Below, one piece after another: positions 60,062-64,000 of a stretch of 64,000 nucleotides of DNA. A model generated the notes under the pieces. It was given only the letters and a program-made list of their open reading frames with translations, was not told where the DNA came from and ran no database searches. Source of the DNA: Podarcis pityusensis. Its lineage: Eukaryota. Made by a program: the position numbers and the translations under genes. Numbering within the stretch: the stretch's first letter is position 1; each line of letters starts with the position of its first letter. The stretch lies in NCBI GenBank assembly GCA_964106645.2, contig OZ067041.1. One strand, 5' to 3'.

Positions 60062-61054
60062 CTTCAGGGGGAGAAAGGGCAAAGCATCATTTTGAAAGGT
60101 AGAGAAAATGCTGAGATGTCTGAAGTTTCAAAGTATTGAAGTTGCTTTGTTCTTACTGTGTAGTTCTTTTTAAAAGAAATTGATGGGGAAGGCCTGATTT
60201 CAATAATAGTCCTGTTGGGTTTACAATAAATGCCTTTATTCATAGGACTATAGGAAATCTTACATACATCAAACTAAATCTGTATGAATATAAACATTGG
60301 ACTGACTCGAATGAAACACCAAACAATGGTTCAGTATTATGAGAATTAGCCTAGTTGTGCCTTGGATTCATGCGGTTCTGCCCTCTTCATTCAGCACAAT
60401 CATAAGGAGATTGGATGCTTTTGCTTCCATTTTTGATTAGGAACAGCTTGTCTTGAACCCAAGAAACTGTGATTAATCGTAAGTATGGTTGTTGAAATCA
60501 GACTTCTTCAAACTCATTAAATTCTAGTCCCATCAATACAATATGAAACTCAGTCCATATAACTGCTCATGCTGTATTTCATTAGTAAGAAGTCCTCACT
60601 TTACCTTTGATACATTGAAGTCACACATAAAAAACAGAATCTAGAGTTCACATATTTCATTGTGAGTTTGTTTCAACTGAGCCCCTTCTCTACCTTAAAT
60701 GCTTTCTAGGAGTCAATTTTTTCTTTTCCCACAGGGAAAAAATGGCGCTGCCCATTATATTATAATATTGTGTATCCATTTGACTGATTTTATCATATGC
60801 TGCATGTGCCTTGAGAAAGGCAGCTAACAAGATTGCGAAACAAACTACTGAAAGTTTAGTTTTACATCCATATTAGCCTGTGGTAGTTTTCTAGTGAATA
60901 CCACAGTTTGAGCTATAGGGTAGATCTGTTTGTGGCTACATTCAAGATTATTTCAAACATTATTGATCATAAAATCATGTTGATTCTCAATAATTATTTC
61001 AAGCAACATTGCTGTTTTCATTTTAAACATCTTACATCCTAAGTAGTTCATTAC

Positions 61055-61152
61055 CCGAATGAGAGATGAATGTGGTGGAACTGATTTAGACCCATAATTC
61101 CCTGCAGTTGGTCCATCTTGTTGGACAGCGGTATGTCTAACTTCGTATGAAC
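61055..61152 (-). CDS. REPS2: REPS2 exon, GSYEVRHTAVQQDGPTAGNYGSKSVPPHSSLIR
   Basis: 98 nt, ttccatag| ... |gtaatg, phase 1->0; resembles human APYEARQPLVQPEG...ASLIR. Confidence 0.93.
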
Positions 61153-62776
61153 CTATGGAAGATTAAGGGGAAAATAAAAACTGAATACTTGCTAATGTTG
61201 TGCAAAATCAAAGATGACAAAACATATATCATCCTTCAGTCTCAAAAAAATAAAATAAAAACACAATCACACCTCCTATGAAAGGTCACTTTATCACCCA
61301 AATCCTTCACTTATGTTAAAGCCTGATTCTCAAAATGCTACTGCTCATGCTGTTGACTATTGACCAAATACTCACTTAACATGTTGAAAGGTGATTTTTT
61401 TAATCCACACTAAAAGCATAACATCTGACTTTTTGCCTAAGTATCCTATTGCAAAGAAGGAAGCAAGTGCTCTTTCATGAGACATGCTAACATCAAGAAA
61501 AACATAAATGAACAAGGATTCATTGATGGCAGCATAAGAGTTTGATTCAAAACAACTAAATTCAGTGTTAGCCAAGAGTAAACACTGGTATTTGCCAACT
61601 AGGGAGAACTACACACCATTTTGGAGGCATCTTTCACTGAAACCACTAAAGCTTGCGTCCAAATATTGATTCTGAACATTCAACAGTCTGTTATGTCTTA
61701 TGCAAGTAAAGAATGAGACCTAGAATTTAAACGGAACTTTAGTTCATTAAATCACTTAAAACTGGAACCCTCTTGAATGGAATGGGCCCTTCAAGAGGAA
61801 CAGGGCATTGAAAAGAATAGAAGCTCTGCTCATGGAAGGGGACTCTGCCTGATTTTCAGCCATTTCTCCTTTCCTCTCCACCCCACAGCCCAGAAAAGGT
61901 TTTGCAGTGGCTGAGATGCTGCTGGGGGGGGGGGGGGATGTAGGGGTGTTACCTGCTGCCCATTCTTCAGGATCTGGATCCACCTTCCAGCCACTTATCT
62001 GGATCCTAGCTTGAATTCTACCAAGCTTTATCAATACACCAACAAAAATAGGCAGAACAACTGGTGTGCATGTATGCAGAATCCATGACAGAGCAAGTGT
62101 CACATCTAATGCTGTGCCAGCCGGCTGAGGCCAAGTTACGAGGTGTGTGTGATGTGCCTCCGCACTTCTATTTCTTCTTCTTTTTTTAAAAAAAATCCTC
62201 ATTCCACTGGAAGGCCATTACTACACCCGGAAGACTGCACTCAGTGGTGAAGTTGTTCTCAATTCTATCCACCATAACTTTAAAATGGGTTGATTTACTA
62301 AAGTATATAAAGAAACTGGCACATCCTTCCTCCCAATCCCTCCTCCTCCCTGAGATTTCTCATTACCTGTACTTAGGTAAGTATAAATCCCTTATTCATT
62401 TGGATGTTCACATAGTATACCGTATCCTATATTTATCTTAACAGATTTTCCCAAAGTTGTCCATGTGTTGCCAGCAGGACATTCATTATTTAACTTTTGA
62501 ATAAATTCAATAAAGTACTGCTTTTGTTCAACAAAATCTATGGCTACAATAACCCCCACCACACCCTACATTGAAAAGGGTTGAGAATATAAATCTGTAA
62601 ACAGATGCTTGTTCTAATTTAAACTGATTCTCAGGAAGAGGAAGACAAGACCGAATAATGAGAAAGCACACAAATCAAGTCAGTTTCTTTTAAAAGAGAT
62701 GTAATTAATTTATGAAATTGCTGGGCTGCTTCCGTGCTTTTATGATTTGATTACTCCAAAGCAGACCTCATCTTAC

Positions 62777-62903
62777 CTCCATGCTGCTGCTCAAGCCCAC
62801 TTCTCAGGACACCATACCCATAACTCAAGGGAATCCTCTGGTAGGTTGATGGAGAAGCAGGAGGTGAATCAATGGGAGACATAGGGGGAGACTTTGCTTC
62901 TTG
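62777..62903 (-). CDS. REPS2: REPS2 exon (first in window), QEAKSPPMSPIDSPPASPSTYQRIPLSYGYGVLRSGLEQQHG
   Basis: 127 nt, tttgaag| acceptor, |gtaaga donor, phase 0->1; resembles human QETQSPTMSPLASPPSSPPHYQRVPLSHGY. Confidence 0.95.
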
Positions 62904-64000
62904 CTTCAAAATAATTTTTTAGAAAAGAATAAGGACTTTGAATGCTGGCTGTTCCATAGTCAAAGTGATTTCATCTAACCACAGTAGAATATTAAATTGT
63001 AAAAATAAATAAATATGCCCACATAAAGCCTCCTCTGCAATTTTTGATATTGCTGAAAACTCAAAATTTCATGTCAATATCTGAGATTCATTGTTACATG
63101 ATTTCATGATCTGATATTTGACAGATGACTTACAACAGTATGATCATATCTGACTGTACTTGACACTTGACATGGAACAGTATTTATTACCTGATATGAC
63201 TTGATAGCCAATAGGGCCTATCTATCAAGTGAAAAACTACTGACTATCAAAGAATGTCAGTTTCAAGCAGAGATAAAACTTTGAAATCATTAGTTTTTTA
63301 ATTTGAAATTTGAGTGCATTGGACAGTCTCCTGTTTGGTTTTTGTTATCATATGAAATAAATTAACAAATACCACATAGGAAACTTTCTAAAGTACTTGT
63401 TTAAAATTCAAAATCTAAATTTTGATTATTTCAAAGTCTTCTTTCTTGTCTGTCTGAAATTGGCACATCACATATTCACTCTTGCCCAGTTCATAGTTCA
63501 AGAAAGAACAGGGATGACCATTAGCAAAATTAATGTGTTGAAAGACCTCAGCGTGGAAAGGTGTTGATACAGCTAGCCTACTTTTTATTTTTTATAAAAA
63601 AAACAACGGCCTGCTTTTTATCCATTAAAGGAGCTGGCAAAAATGGGATCAAGTGCTCTGTTCTGACTTCCCTTAGCCCTCATATGAGTAAGATATAAAG
63701 GGGGGGGGCGGAATACAGGGCAAGTAGTAACTTTCAATGGCAAATTTGCTAGGTGGCTACAGCTTTTGTGTCACTGTATTCCACTGGCCTTATAAGCAAT
63801 TGGCAAAACACATACATTGGACCTGGAAGAAAAGTCTGTAGCATTGACATTCCATAGAATAAATTGTATTCCATTCTAATGGCTGAGCAATTTCACTTTT
63901 TTGTCTCAGTTAACACATCTGGACCATTAAAGACTATCTGCAGTTCAAAGAGGCAGCAATCAATTGTAAAAGCCAAATAATCATGCTGATAAATAATAGT

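Larger units (their letters stand above)
18612..62903 (-). other. REPS2: REPS2 (RalBP1-associated Eps domain-containing protein 2 / POB1) gene body, 5'-truncated by the window edge
   Basis: 15 core exons (1455 nt including stop) splice in frame with GT-AG boundaries. The peptide follows human REPS2 from QE.KSP.MSP through the EH domain to ...LEQLRPVTVL*. The C-terminus RPVTVL and the KPIRRKFRPE motif distinguish it from REPS1. Confidence 0.98.

Noticed and set aside
61756-62202. 148-aa minus-strand intronic ORF
   Set aside because: No REPS homology, contains homopolymer-derived low complexity, and the flanking exons already join in frame.
62904-64000. Search for the next upstream REPS2 exon (ELPLPRF...)
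   Set aside because: Not found in any frame; it must lie beyond the window.

Overview
Vertebrate genomic DNA from a squamate, probably a lacertid lizard, judged from Sauria-type SINEs, CR1/L2/RTE/L1 fragments and hAT/Tc1 MITEs. There are no prokaryotic genes, CRISPR arrays or intact RNA genes. Positions ~13.95-64 kb hold the 3' three-quarters of REPS2 (POB1) on the minus strand. Fifteen GT-AG exons with consistent phases encode 484 aa (central EH domain, Pro-rich motifs, C-terminal RalBP1-binding coiled coil). The stop codon is at 18612, followed by a probable ~4.6 kb 3'UTR. The 5' exons lie beyond the window end. Two extra in-frame exons (72 and 78 nt) are absent from canonical human REPS2 as I recall it but resemble the equivalent segments of REPS1. 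There is also a candidate frameshifting 26-nt microexon. Downstream of REPS2 (3.1-12.4 kb, minus strand) are splice-flanked, protein-like but disabled blocks. They include a hydrophobic membrane-anchor block and an atypical-kinase-like motif, and may be a decayed multi-exon gene of unknown identity; this is the most speculative and most interesting signal. All homology statements come from memory of the families, not from a search.
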